Made by a program: the position numbers and the translations under genes
Notes under the pieces: model-generated
What the model saw: only the letters and a program-made list of their open reading frames with translations
Database searches by the model: none
What the model was told of the DNA's origin: nothing
In this document: positions 28,784-40,619 of the stretch, piece by piece
Layout of the letters: each line of letters opens with the position of its first letter
Numbering within the stretch: the stretch's first letter is position 1
Source: an uncultured Cytophagales bacterium
GTDB lineage: Bacteria > Bacteroidota > Bacteroidia > Cytophagales > Hymenobacteraceae
Assembly (NCBI GenBank): GCA_963751205.1
Contig: CAVVTI010000001.1
Span: forward strand, 2,055,233 to 2,119,232
DNA length: 64,000 nucleotides
Direction of reading: 5' to 3'

Positions 28784-30277
28784 GTGAAAAATAATTCCTG
28801 TCTTTTTAGGTTTGATACGCTGTTGAAAAGGCTGTTCTTTTTGCTTACTTTAATCACCTTTCCGGCAGTTGCCGGTTCAGAATTTAACCGGCCTGTACAA
28901 CAAGCTTACGCAGAAATAATGAAATTGCGTTTACCGGCGGGGCATAAATTTCTGCAGCCGGAATTACAACGGAACCCGGATAATGCCTGCGCGATTCTGG
29001 TGGCGAACTATGCCGATTTTCTGAACATTCTTATTTCCCAGGACGAAAGTTTATATAAAAAATTAAGAACCCGGCAGGAACAGCGGTTAGCTGCCGTTGA
29101 TGCCCTAAAAGAAAAAACGCCTTATAAACGGTATGTTCAGGCTGAAATAAAGCTCCAGCTGGCCATGTGCCAGATTTTCTTTGCCGACGAAGTGCAGGCA
29201 GCGTGGAATGTTCGGAGCGCGTTTCTCCTGTTAAAGGAAAACCAGAAACAATTCCCAGGTTTTATTCCAAACCGGAAATCGTTGGGCTTGCTGCAGGTTA
29301 TTATTGGATCGGTGCCGGATAGCTATCAGTGGGTTTTCAAAATTTTAGGTATGCGGGGCGATATTCCGGCCGGGCTGGCCAACTTGCATTTGGCCGCAAA
29401 AACGCCCAATCAGTTTCAAACGGAAGCCCGCATTTACTTACATTTTGCCCAGGACTGGATGAATGCCGCCGACGACCAGGGGCCTAAAATTTTAACCGAG
29501 CTGGCTTTGGAAAACCCGGATAATTTATTGTTTACTTACCTGGCCATGAGCATGCTTAAAAAAAATAAAAGCTGCGACAAAGCCCTGGAAATTTATCAGA
29601 AACGCCCGGTAAATAATCAATACCTGGACTTTCCGTACCTCCACCATATGGCCGCCGATATGTATTTGTACCGGGGCGATTATTCGCGATCTTTGCGGGA
29701 GAACCAGTTATTTCTGGAAAATTATGCCGGGCGCCATTACCTGAAAGATGCTTATTTTAAACTTTACCTGGCCTGCTATTTAAGCGATAACGTAATTTCG
29801 GCGCAGCTTTATTATAATGGCATAAAGGCTAACGGGGTAACTGTGGTGGAAGAAGATAAATATGCCCAAAAGTTTATAGATAACGCCGATGTGCTTAACA
29901 AACAACTTACCAAAGCCCGGCTGCATGCCGATGGCGGTTATTATTCGCTGGCAATGCAGGCCTTAAAACATTTTAAACCTTCAAACAAAACCACCGCCAA
30001 AGATAAGATCGAACTGAATTACCGGAAAGCCCGCATTTTTCAGGGTCTCGGCGATCTGGATTCAGCCATTACCTATTACAAAGAAACCATAGAGATCTCC
30101 GGCGATCTGCCTTATTATTTTGCTCCGAATGCAGCTTTACAATTGGGTTATCTGGCAATGGAAAATGGCAATAAAAGCGCAGCCCGCAATTACTTTAAAA
30201 AAGCCCTCTCCTACCCAAAACACGAATACAAAAACAGTATCGATTCCAAAGCAAAAATTGCTCTATCCACTTTATAA
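28784..30277 (+). CDS. exported TPR-repeat protein
   Basis: signal-like N-terminus, helical repeats, AALQLG, HEYKNSIDSKAK; start uncertain. Confidence 0.75.
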   Translation: MKNNSCLFRFDTLLKRLFFLLTLITFPAVAGSEFNRPVQQAYAEIMKLRLPAGHKFLQPELQRNPDNACAILVANYADFLNILISQDESLYKKLRTRQEQRLAAVDALKEKTPYKRYVQAEIKLQLAMCQIFFADEVQAAWNVRSAFLLLKENQKQFPGFIPNRKSLGLLQVIIGSVPDSYQWVFKILGMRGDIPAGLANLHLAAKTPNQFQTEARIYLHFAQDWMNAADDQGPKILTELALENPDNLLFTYLAMSMLKKNKSCDKALEIYQKRPVNNQYLDFPYLHHMAADMYLYRGDYSRSLRENQLFLENYAGRHYLKDAYFKLYLACYLSDNVISAQLYYNGIKANGVTVVEEDKYAQKFIDNADVLNKQLTKARLHADGGYYSLAMQALKHFKPSNKTTAKDKIELNYRKARIFQGLGDLDSAITYYKETIEISGDLPYYFAPNAALQLGYLAMENGNKSAARNYFKKALSYPKHEYKNSIDSKAKIALSTL

Positions 30278-30313
30278 TTGCTAATTGTTTATTGTTTATT
30301 GAATTATAATTCT

Positions 30314-31603
30314 TTGGAAAGCACCTTTCATTTTTCTGATTTGAATATTTCGGCGGCGGAATTCCGGCGGAAGGCTTTGCATTGGTCAGAAAAATTTTGC
30401 CAGGTGGCTTATTTTTCTGATAACGATCTTCCTTACTTGTATAATGGTTTTGAAAACCTGCTGGCCGTTTCTGCTAAAGAGCCGGAATTGGCAGAAGCTG
30501 GAAAGGCTTTTGAATTCCTAACTTCAATTGGGGGCTCCGGTAAATTCTGGTGCGGATTGCTTCATTACGATCTCAAAAACCAGGTAGAAGCACTAAGCAG
30601 CCAACATCCGGACTTTATTGGTTTTCCTGAGGTGCATTTTTTTCAGCCCGAAATCCATCTGACTTTTACCCCGCTTTCTGCTACTGTTATTAGCTCCGAA
30701 ATTGCCCCGGAAATCATCCTGGCAGAGATCCTTTCAACCGAAATTCAAAAGGTTAATTCACCTAAAGTAAAATGGCAAAACCGGGTTGCGAAAGAAACTT
30801 ACTTGGAGAATGTAAAGCGCTTACAAAACCACATTCTGGAAGGTGATGTCTATGAAATAAATTACTGCCTTGAGTTTTTTGCCGAAAATGCTACCGTTTT
30901 TCCGGTAAGTTTATTCGAAAAGCTAACCGCCCGGTCGCCGATGCCGTTTGCCGGTTTTTTTAAGCTGAAGGATAAATTTTTAATGTGCGCCTCTCCCGAA
31001 CGATTCCTGAAAAAAGCCGGGCAAAAACTTATTGCGCAACCTATAAAAGGTACCATTAAACGAAGTTCAGACCCACAGGAAGATTTCGAATTGAAAAACC
31101 GGTTATTAAACGACGAAAAAGAGCGCGCCGAAAACCTGATGATCGTAGACCTCATGCGCAACGATCTGAGCCGTTCGGCGGAAACCGGTTCGGTAAAAGT
31201 GGAAGAATTATTTGGCATCTACGGCTTTCAGCACGTCTATCAAATGATATCTACCGTAACCGCAACGGCTAAATCCGAAGAAAACCTGGCATCCATTTTA
31301 AGGAACACATTCCCTATGGGGAGTATGACGGGTGCACCCAAGATCCGGGCCATGCAACTGATTGAGCAATATGAAAATCACCGCCGGGGCCTATATTCGG
31401 GCAGCATTGGCTATTTGAAACCCAACGGCGATTTCGATTTCAACGTGGTTATCCGGAGCCTGCAATACAACTCCCAAACCAAATACCTGTCTTACATGGT
31501 GGGCAGCGCCATTACCATAGATTCTATTCCGGAAAATGAATATGAAGAATGCCTGCTGAAAGCAAAAGCCATTATGGAGGTTTGCGGAATAGTTGAATAT
31601 TGA
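30314..31603 (+). CDS. pabB: aminodeoxychorismate synthase component I (chorismate-binding family)
   Basis: GDVYEIN, ASPERF, PIKGT, KERAENLMIVDLMRND, FPMGSMTGAPK; start uncertain. Confidence 0.85.
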   Translation: MESTFHFSDLNISAAEFRRKALHWSEKFCQVAYFSDNDLPYLYNGFENLLAVSAKEPELAEAGKAFEFLTSIGGSGKFWCGLLHYDLKNQVEALSSQHPDFIGFPEVHFFQPEIHLTFTPLSATVISSEIAPEIILAEILSTEIQKVNSPKVKWQNRVAKETYLENVKRLQNHILEGDVYEINYCLEFFAENATVFPVSLFEKLTARSPMPFAGFFKLKDKFLMCASPERFLKKAGQKLIAQPIKGTIKRSSDPQEDFELKNRLLNDEKERAENLMIVDLMRNDLSRSAETGSVKVEELFGIYGFQHVYQMISTVTATAKSEENLASILRNTFPMGSMTGAPKIRAMQLIEQYENHRRGLYSGSIGYLKPNGDFDFNVVIRSLQYNSQTKYLSYMVGSAITIDSIPENEYEECLLKAKAIMEVCGIVEY

Positions 31604-31615
31604 TTGAAAGGAGTT

Positions 31616-32032
31616 TTAATTTTCGTCGTTTTCGAGCCAGGCCAAGGCACTTTTTTCGTCGGTAAATTCCTGGCTTTCAAAATCGGGACTTAACCAGGCA
31701 GTTAGGTCTTCTATTAAAATCCTGGCCCTTTTTTCCCGTAAGGGCTCCGCATAAACGATCCGCGCCAGCTTTTTTAATTTCGAAGGAGCTAAAACTGCTA
31801 TAATTTCCTTACTCAATTTTCTGAAATCTTCTTCTGAAATATTTGTCCTGGTATCTTTGGTATCAATCAGTAACTTACTAACCTGCAGGAGTTCGAACGA
31901 CTTCAGGATTTTGCTCATAGCAGGTTGCACGACCGACATGGGCTCATCAACCAGGCTTGGCCATTTAATTTTTAAAATATCCGTTTTCGGATCGAGATCT
32001 AAATGGATTAAACTATCTGAATAAACCACCAT
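31616..32032 (-). CDS. STAS/SEC14 (SpoIIAA-like) domain protein, paralog 1
   Basis: 138 aa, KLLID, C-terminal F.D..SALAWL. Confidence 0.7.
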   Translation of the reverse strand: MVVYSDSLIHLDLDPKTDILKIKWPSLVDEPMSVVQPAMSKILKSFELLQVSKLLIDTKDTRTNISEEDFRKLSKEIIAVLAPSKLKKLARIVYAEPLREKRARILIEDLTAWLSPDFESQEFTDEKSALAWLENDEN

Positions 32033-32103
32033 CAGAATTGCAGTTTAGTATTTTAACTCAAAATTAATAAAGCGCGGCGCTTGTTTTAATTGCCTGATAA
32101 GGG

Positions 32104-32520
32104 TTATTCCTCATCATTTTCCAACCAGGCAAAAGCGCTTTTCACATCCGGAAATTCCCTTGTTTTTAAATCTGGTGAAAGCCTGGCGGCCAATTCATCC
32201 AGTAAAATTTTGGCCCGTATTTCTCTTTTTGGTTCTGCATATACCACCCGCGCAACCTTCTTTAAATTGGAATCCTCTAAACCATTAACAAATTCTTTGG
32301 TCATCCTTCGAAATTCTTCTTCCGGAATATTAGTTCGCGTGTCTTTGGTATCGACCAGCAACTTAGTAACGTGAAAGTAACGAATCGTTTCCGGAATTTT
32401 ATCAATAGTCGGTTTAACAATTAACATTGGTTCATCTACCAGATCCGGCCATTTTACCCACAGAATATCCGTTTTTGGATCGTAATCCAGATAGATTAAA
32501 GAATCAGAATAGATAAGCAT
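32104..32520 (-). CDS. STAS/SEC14 (SpoIIAA-like) domain protein, paralog 2
   Basis: 138 aa, gap-free alignment to its neighbour, about 85/138 identical by hand count. Confidence 0.7.
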   Translation of the reverse strand: MLIYSDSLIYLDYDPKTDILWVKWPDLVDEPMLIVKPTIDKIPETIRYFHVTKLLVDTKDTRTNIPEEEFRRMTKEFVNGLEDSNLKKVARVVYAEPKREIRAKILLDELAARLSPDLKTREFPDVKSAFAWLENDEE

Positions 32521-32632
32521 AGCCTGAGCGATTGGTGTTTTTAATTATACAATTTTTTAACTGAATAGTTTTATTTTAAGAAGATTTAAGCAAGTTATTA
32601 AGTAAAAGATTACTAATTACTTGTTAAAAACC

Positions 32633-32675
32633 TCTGCCATTCTGGCAGAAATTTCCATGAAAATCCTTATCTTTG
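32633..32675 (+). promoter_or_regulatory. miaB promoter with perfect upstream palindrome
   Basis: TCTGCCA-ttc-TGGCAGA at 32633-32649; TATCTTTG at 32668-32675. Confidence 0.65.
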
Positions 32676-32702
32676 TAGCTGTTTTTGAAGATAACATTGA
32701 AG

Positions 32703-34138
32703 ATGGATACCCTGATACAAAGCCTCGATTTTATAGATAACCGTACGCCGGAAGAAGCAATGGCCTGCGATTTTAAAACCACTGTTGAATCGAATACCGG
32801 TAAAACCCGCAAGCTTTACATAGAAAGTTACGGCTGCCAGATGAATTACTCCGATTCGGAAATTGTGACGTTCTATCATGGCCGATAGACGGTTTCGATA
32901 CCACTTCTCAGATTGCCGAAGCCGACGTTATTTTTCTGAACACCTGCTCCATCCGGGAAAAAGCCGAACAAACCGTTCGCGACCGCTTAAAGCAGATCAA
33001 GCAATACAAAAAGAAAAACCGTGATCTGATGGTCGGCGTTTTGGGCTGCATGGCGGAACGCTTAAAAAAATCGTTGCTGGAAGAAGAAAAAATTGTGGAC
33101 CTGGTAGTTGGCCCGGATGCTTACCGCGACCTGCCGAACTTAATTAACGAGGTTGATGGTGGCCAGAAAGCGGTAAACGTGTTGCTCTCCCGCGAAGAAA
33201 CCTATGCCGATATCAACCCGATCCGGTTAAATTCCAACGGTGTTTCGGCCTTTATTTCCATTATGCGGGGCTGCGACAACATGTGCTCTTTCTGCGTGGT
33301 GCCCTTTACCCGGGGCCGCGAACGCAGCCGCGATGCGCATTCTATTATTAAAGAAGCCCAACAATTGCTGGCCGCCGGTTACAAAGAAGTTACCTTACTG
33401 GGCCAGAACGTAGATTCCTATAAATGGACTTCCGAAGATGGCACTGAGTTCGTGAATTTTGCCAACCTGCTGGAAATGGTGGCGCTAACTCGACCAGAAT
33501 CTGCGGGTTCGTTTTTCTACCTCCCACCCCAAAGACATTACCGACGAAGTGTTGTACACCATGAAAAAGTACGACAACATTTGCAAATACATTCACCTGC
33601 CGGTGCAAAGCGGCAACTCCCGCGTGCTGGAACTCATGAACCGTACCTACGACCGCGAATGGTACATGAACCGGGTAGATGCCATCCGGAATATTCTGGG
33701 CGAAGAATGCGGCATTTCTTCCGATATGATTGCCGGTTTCTGCACCGAAACCGAAGAAGAGCACCAGGATACGCTTACGCATGATGGATTATGTGCAGTA
33801 CGATTATTCCTACATGTTCTTTTATTCGGAACGGCCGGGCACGTTGGCTGCCCGGAAACTGGAAGACGATATTCCGCTGGAAGTTAAAAAACGGCGCCTG
33901 GAGGAAATCATCGAAAAACAACGCGAAACTCTCATTGAACCGCAACAAGCTCGATATAGGCAAAGTGCACAAAGTGCTGGTAGAAGGATTTTCAAAAAAA
34001 TCGGAAGATGAACTGATGGGCCGCAACGACCAGAACAAAGTAGTGATTTTCGCCGAAAAACATTTCAAAAAAGGCGACTACGTAAACGTGTTGGTAACAC
34101 GACTGCTCCGTAGGCACGCTCTTCGGCGAAGCCATTGA
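32703..34138 (+). CDS. miaB: tRNA i6A37 methylthiotransferase; several indels
   Basis: [48 protein letters not shown]-terminal TRAM. Confidence 0.93.
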
Positions 34139-34139
34139 T

Positions 34140-34279
34140 TAATTTGAAAATTTGAAGATCTGGAAATTTGAAGATGGATTCGAAATAATTTCAGAATCAT
34201 TCTTTAAAACGCTAGGATTTCCGAGAGAAAAACTCAAATAATCATTTCCAAATTTTCAAATCTCCAAATCTCCAAATTA
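34140..34279. repeat. inverted octamer arrays between miaB and the sigma54 activator
   Basis: ATTTGAAA ATTTGAAG ATCTGGAA ATTTGAAG ATG (34142-34176) versus CAT TTCCAAAT TTTCAAAT CTCCAAAT CTCCAAAT (34243-34277). Confidence 0.85.
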
Positions 34280-34285
34280 GAAAAA

Positions 34286-35566
34286 ATGCAAATCAATCGA
34301 AATACAAAGTATAAAACAACGGTTTGGCATAATTGGTAATTCGCCGCTACTAAACCATGCCATTCAGGTGGCGGCGCAGGTGGCTCCTACCGATATGACC
34401 GTGCTGATTACCGGCGAAAGCGGCAGCGGAAAAGAATCTTTTTCCAAAATTATTCATCAGCTTAGCCCCCGCAAGCACGGCCAGTTTATTGCCATTAACT
34501 GCGGCGCCATTCCGGAAGGCACCATCGATTCGGAATTATTCGGCCACGAAAAAGGCTCTTTTACCGGCGCGCAGGAAGCCCGCAAAGGATATTTTGAGGT
34601 AACCAACGGCGGCACTATTTTCCTGGATGAGATTGGCGAAATGCCCTTAGGCACCCAGGCCCGTTTGCTGCGGGTGCTGGAAAACGGCGAATTTATTAAA
34701 GTAGGTTCTTCTAAAGTTCAGAAAACCGATGTGCGCGTAGTAGCTGCTACCAACGTAAATCTCTATAATGCTGTACGCGAAGGCGAATTCCGCGAAGATC
34801 TTGTATTACCGGTTAAATACCGTGCCTATTACAGTTCCGCCTTTGCGCGAACGGGGCGACGATATTTATTTACTTTTCCGCAAATTTGCTTCTGATTTTT
34901 CCGAAAAATACCAGGTGAAACCGATCACGCTTACACCCGATGCCATTGCCGCTATTGCTTAATTTCCGGTTTCCGGGAAATATCCGGCAGCTTAAAAATA
35001 TTGTAGAGCAGATTTCCGTGCTGGAATATGAACCGGGAAATAGATGCCGAAAAATTACAGAAATACTTGCCGCAGGAACAGAATAATTTATTGCCGGTGC
35101 TGTTCGCAGCAGATCCAAAAGCACCGGCTCACAATTATCTCGGAGCGGGACCTTTTGTACAAAGTCCTCTTCGACATGAAAAAGGACATGACCGACCTGA
35201 AAAAACTGGTTTTCGACCTTTTGGATCACCAGCATTCGGAAGATGAATTGCTGAAACAAAACCAGCATTTATTTGAGAATGTAGGGTATCGCAGACCGCA
35301 TTAAATATACCCCGCGCGAAAGCAAATCGGACAGTTACCTGTTGCCGGTAAAAGAAACCAGCATAGAAGAATACGACGATAAAGTGGAAGATATTCCGCA
35401 CGAAACCGAAGAAGAAACGCTTTCGCTGGAAACAAAGGAAAAGGAAATGATCCTGAAAGCCCTGAAAAAACATCATAACAAACGCAAATATGCCGCCCAG
35501 GATTTGGGAATTTCGGAACGTACGCTTTACCGGAAACTGAAACAATATGACATTGAAGAACAATAG
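34286..35566 (+). CDS. sigma54-interacting AAA+ Fis-family activator without receiver domain; indels
   Basis: GESGSGKE, ELFGHEKGSFTGA, FLDEIGE, FREDL, HTH AAQDLGISERTLYRK. Confidence 0.88.
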
Positions 35567-36071
35567 GGTTGCCCTGGCACTTTTTTGCATGTTTTGCATA
35601 CCGTTTTTAAGCGGGTGTGCTTATTCTTTTTCGGGTTCATCTTTACCGCCGGAAGTTAAAACGTTTTCGGTTTCTACCTTTCCCAATAATTCCGGACAGG
35701 GACCGTCTATTTTAAGCCAATCGGTTACCAATATTTTCCGGGATTTTTTCCAGCGGAATACCAGTTTAAAGCTGGTGCCGCGCGATGGCGATTTGGTTTT
35801 TGAAGGCCAGATAATTGGTTACGAAGTAAGCCCGGTTGCGCCCCAGGTGCAGGATGGACGGGACATTGCGGCCAGGAACCGGTTAACTATCCGGCTCCAG
35901 GTTAAGTTTACCAATAACAACGACCCGAAACAAAGCTTCGATAAGCCGTATTCTGCATTCAGCGATTTTCCGCAGGAACTTAATCCCAACAATATTGGGG
36001 AGCCCGAAATAAGGGTTATTCTAAACCAGATGCTTACCCAAATTTTTAACGAAACGGTAGCGAACTGGTAA
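35547..36071 (+). CDS. lptE: LptE-family lipoprotein
   Basis: lipobox LSGC, YSFSG, NRLTI, C-terminal IFNETVANW. Confidence 0.8.
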   Translation: MTLKNNRVALALFCMFCIPFLSGCAYSFSGSSLPPEVKTFSVSTFPNNSGQGPSILSQSVTNIFRDFFQRNTSLKLVPRDGDLVFEGQIIGYEVSPVAPQVQDGRDIAARNRLTIRLQVKFTNNNDPKQSFDKPYSAFSDFPQELNPNNIGEPEIRVILNQMLTQIFNETVANW

Positions 36072-36111
36072 AAAAAACGCATATTGCGGCTGTTTCGCTG
36101 CTGTTGCCCGT

Positions 36112-37737
36112 ATGAACAAAGCTTCTTTTTTATCACTCATCCGCCAGGCTTCCCGCATATCCGATCAGGAAGTGGAAGAGCTGGAAAAATTGGTAGTAAA
36201 TTTCCCGTATTGCCAGTCGGCGCACCTGCTTTTAGCAAAAGCCGCCTACGACAAAGGCAGCATGCTTTCTAACCAGAAGCTTAAAAAAGCCGCTATCTAT
36301 GCCGCCAACCGGCAATTGCTCAAAAAGCTGATCTATACTTCTGATGCTACGGTTGCTTTACAGCCGGTACCTCTTCCGGAAGAAAGAACCGAAAAGGAAA
36401 TTCCTCAGCCAGAATTATTATCCGAAACGAAACCGGAACCATCTCAAATTTCTGAGCCAGCCATAATTGCCGAATCGCAGGCTTTTGTAGAGGCGGCGGT
36501 AGAATCAGAAACGCTTTCGGAACCAGCAGAAAAAGAAGAATTACTGGAACCGGCAGAAGTTGCTTCGGCAGAAAAATCCGATTCAGACAAAACAGTAGCC
36601 CCTGACTTAGAAAAAGAACAGCCAGATAAGGCAGCTTTGGCCGAAGCCGTTTATTTTACGGATCACGAAGACGCTGCAATAGCGGAAGAAATTCTGGAAG
36701 AAGGTTATTTACCCTTAAACGAATCGGCTTTTTTAAGTTCTCCGGAAAACCAGGATTTTGTTATTCCCGAACCAGCCGATTTTCCGGAACCGAACGTTGA
36801 AAATGAAACGGCGGAAGCCATTGATTCAAAAACCTCTGAAGAAAATTCCAACGATACCAATTTAAAAACTGAAACGGAATTAGCGACAGAAGATGAGATC
36901 AATGCTTTAAAAAAAGAACCTTTTGGGATTGAAAAAATAATTGGGTCAGCAGGCGAAGCATTGACCGCAGAAGAACTGGATGATCAGGTTTTATTGGCCG
37001 AAGAAATTGAGATAGCCGGCGCCTTTGAAAACCCCGAAGCCCACGAAATTGTAACCAAAAATCAGGAGGCAATTTTCCAGAAGCCGGAAACTGAACCTAT
37101 CGGCGATACAATTAAAGCGGAAACCGGCGAAGTAACTCCTACGGTACAGGTTTTAAACGACGATTTGCTCCAGGAAACGCTGGCCAATTTCGATCATTAT
37201 TTATTCCGGCCGGAAAAGGAAAACGAAGAGGCGCTGCCCGAAGAAGATGTGAAGGTAGTTAACCCGGAAAATGAGATCCAGGCCATTTACCACAACGACA
37301 GCATAGGTTACTGGATGAATTCCAGCCGGATGGGTGAAAGCCTAGAATTCAAAAATGAGCTTACCACCGCCCAACCTTACGATTTCCATCCGGAACTCAT
37401 CTGGGAATACAATAAAACGCACGAACTTTCAAAAGAGATCAAACCGGTTCCTTCCAAACTTAGCCACCAGCTCGATATCATCGATAATTTCCTGAAGATG
37501 ACCCCGCGATTGAAAGCCATGGCCCACCAGAAGATCAAAACTGAAGCCCAGGAAGATCTGTCGTCTAAAAGTTCGAAGATCAATAAGAATCTGGCTTCAG
37601 AGAATTTCGCCCATATTCTGGTGCAGCAGGGAAAAATTAAAAAAGCCATTAAAATTTACGAACACCTGATATTGAAAATTCCGGAAAAAAAAGCTTACTT
37701 TGCAGCACAGATTGAAAAATTGCAAAATCCTGAGTAA
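36112..37737 (+). CDS. hypothetical protein: helical/TPR-like ends around an acidic low-complexity linker
   Basis: N-terminal FPYCQ, C-terminal SENFAHILVQQGK...PEKKAYFA; Glu/Pro/Ala-rich middle. Confidence 0.75.
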   Translation: MNKASFLSLIRQASRISDQEVEELEKLVVNFPYCQSAHLLLAKAAYDKGSMLSNQKLKKAAIYAANRQLLKKLIYTSDATVALQPVPLPEERTEKEIPQPELLSETKPEPSQISEPAIIAESQAFVEAAVESETLSEPAEKEELLEPAEVASAEKSDSDKTVAPDLEKEQPDKAALAEAVYFTDHEDAAIAEEILEEGYLPLNESAFLSSPENQDFVIPEPADFPEPNVENETAEAIDSKTSEENSNDTNLKTETELATEDEINALKKEPFGIEKIIGSAGEALTAEELDDQVLLAEEIEIAGAFENPEAHEIVTKNQEAIFQKPETEPIGDTIKAETGEVTPTVQVLNDDLLQETLANFDHYLFRPEKENEEALPEEDVKVVNPENEIQAIYHNDSIGYWMNSSRMGESLEFKNELTTAQPYDFHPELIWEYNKTHELSKEIKPVPSKLSHQLDIIDNFLKMTPRLKAMAHQKIKTEAQEDLSSKSSKINKNLASENFAHILVQQGKIKKAIKIYEHLILKIPEKKAYFAAQIEKLQNPE

Positions 37738-37827
37738 TTCATAAATAATGTTGCTCCGGAAGTTCTGAGACCTCATTCGCTGAAACCAAAATTTATAATT
37801 CGTAATTTCTAATTTTAATTAAAAACA

Positions 37828-38256
37828 ATGTACATCGCCCTCATTAGCATTATCATTTTTATATGCGTGCTTTTAGTATTGGTAGTTTTATCGCAGAATT
37901 CTAAAGGCGGCGGCTTAAGCGGCCAGTTTGGCGGCGCCGGCGCAAGCCAGTTAATGGGCGTAAAACGCACCGGCGACTTATTAGAAAAACTTACCTGGGG
38001 CTTTGCTATTGCTTTAGTTGTTTTAACCCTGGCTACCCACACCATTGTAGATGATCAGACCGGAACTACATCTGCCCGCAGCATAAACCAGGAAAGAGCT
38101 GCGCAAAATCGTCAGGCTGCGCCAGCGGCTATTCCACAAGGCGAAAGCGCTATTCCGGTTCAGCCGGGAAATGCAGAACAACCGCCGGTAGCAACTCCGG
38201 AGGCAGAAATTGCAACCCCGCAGAACGATCCGCTGACGGAGAAACCAACAGAATAA
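37828..38256 (+). CDS. secG: preprotein translocase subunit SecG
   Basis: VLSQNSKGGGLSGQFGG, LLEKLTW; two TM helices. Confidence 0.93.
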   Translation: MYIALISIIIFICVLLVLVVLSQNSKGGGLSGQFGGAGASQLMGVKRTGDLLEKLTWGFAIALVVLTLATHTIVDDQTGTTSARSINQERAAQNRQAAPAAIPQGESAIPVQPGNAEQPPVATPEAEIATPQNDPLTEKPTE

Positions 38257-38274
38257 TTTTCCCGAATAGTATAG

Positions 38275-38305
38275 AAACCGGTTCTTTAAAAGGGCCGGTT
38301 TTTTT
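38275..38305 (+). terminator. intrinsic terminator after secG
   Basis: aaaccggttct-ttaaa-agggccggttttttt. Confidence 0.7.
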
Positions 38306-38389
38306 ATGCCCTGACTTTTTAACCAGAAAACGCTACCGTTTTAACGGTAAAATCTGGCAGGCAGCCTGACAAATTAAAAATCCGGGGGC

Positions 38390-38438
38390 TGACATTTCGG
38401 CAAAAATTGCTTTAATTAGGGCTTGGCACGGGAAATGA
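38390..38438 (+). promoter_or_regulatory. putative sigma54 promoter of groESL with upstream activator site
   Basis: TGGCACG at 38424-30 with GG-N10-GA spacing; TGACA-ttt-CGGCA at 38390-38402. Confidence 0.5.
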
Positions 38439-38490
38439 TAAGTGCCTGTTACCTTCATTTTAAACTTAAAAACCAATTATAATAAAAACT

Positions 38491-38785
38491 ATGGCAATAA
38501 ACATTAAACCATTAGCAGACCGCGTAATTGTAGCTCCTGCTGCAGCAGAAGAAAAAACCAAATCAGGTATTATTATTCCGGACACTGCCAAAGAAAAACC
38601 ACAGCGTGGCGAAATTGTAGCCGTTGGTGAAGGTAAAATGTCGGATCAGGGCGTCTTGGTGAAACCGCAATTAAAAGTTGGCGACCAGGTATTGTACGGT
38701 AAATATGCCGGTACTGAAATCATCGATCGAAGGCACAGGATTACCTGATCATGAAAGAATCTGACATTTTTGCTGTATCGTTTAA
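38491..38785 (+). CDS. groES: co-chaperonin GroES; indels near 3' end
   Basis: [35 protein letters not shown]. Confidence 0.95.
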
Positions 38786-38853
38786 TTTCAGAATTTTCAA
38801 TTCAACTTTGCTAAAAGCAAATTCTTTAAAATAAATTTAAACATATTAAAATT

Positions 38854-40501
<1,648 letters not shown>

Positions 40502-40535
40502 GAATCAGCTCCAAAAGCTTTTAAATTGCCAATAT

Positions 40536-40569
40536 AAAATCCCCGATCAGCTACTGATCGGGGATTTTT
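40536..40569 (+). terminator. intrinsic terminator after groEL
   Basis: aaaatccccgatcag-cta-ctgatcggggatttt. Confidence 0.85.
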
Positions 40570-40619
40570 GTTTTTCGAGTTTTTGAGGGAAAATGCATAC
40601 CGTTTTATACTATGAAACT

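Noticed and set aside
36350-37250. Acidic low-complexity region as a repeat element
   Set aside because: No nucleotide periodicity; an in-frame disordered linker between the structured-looking ends.
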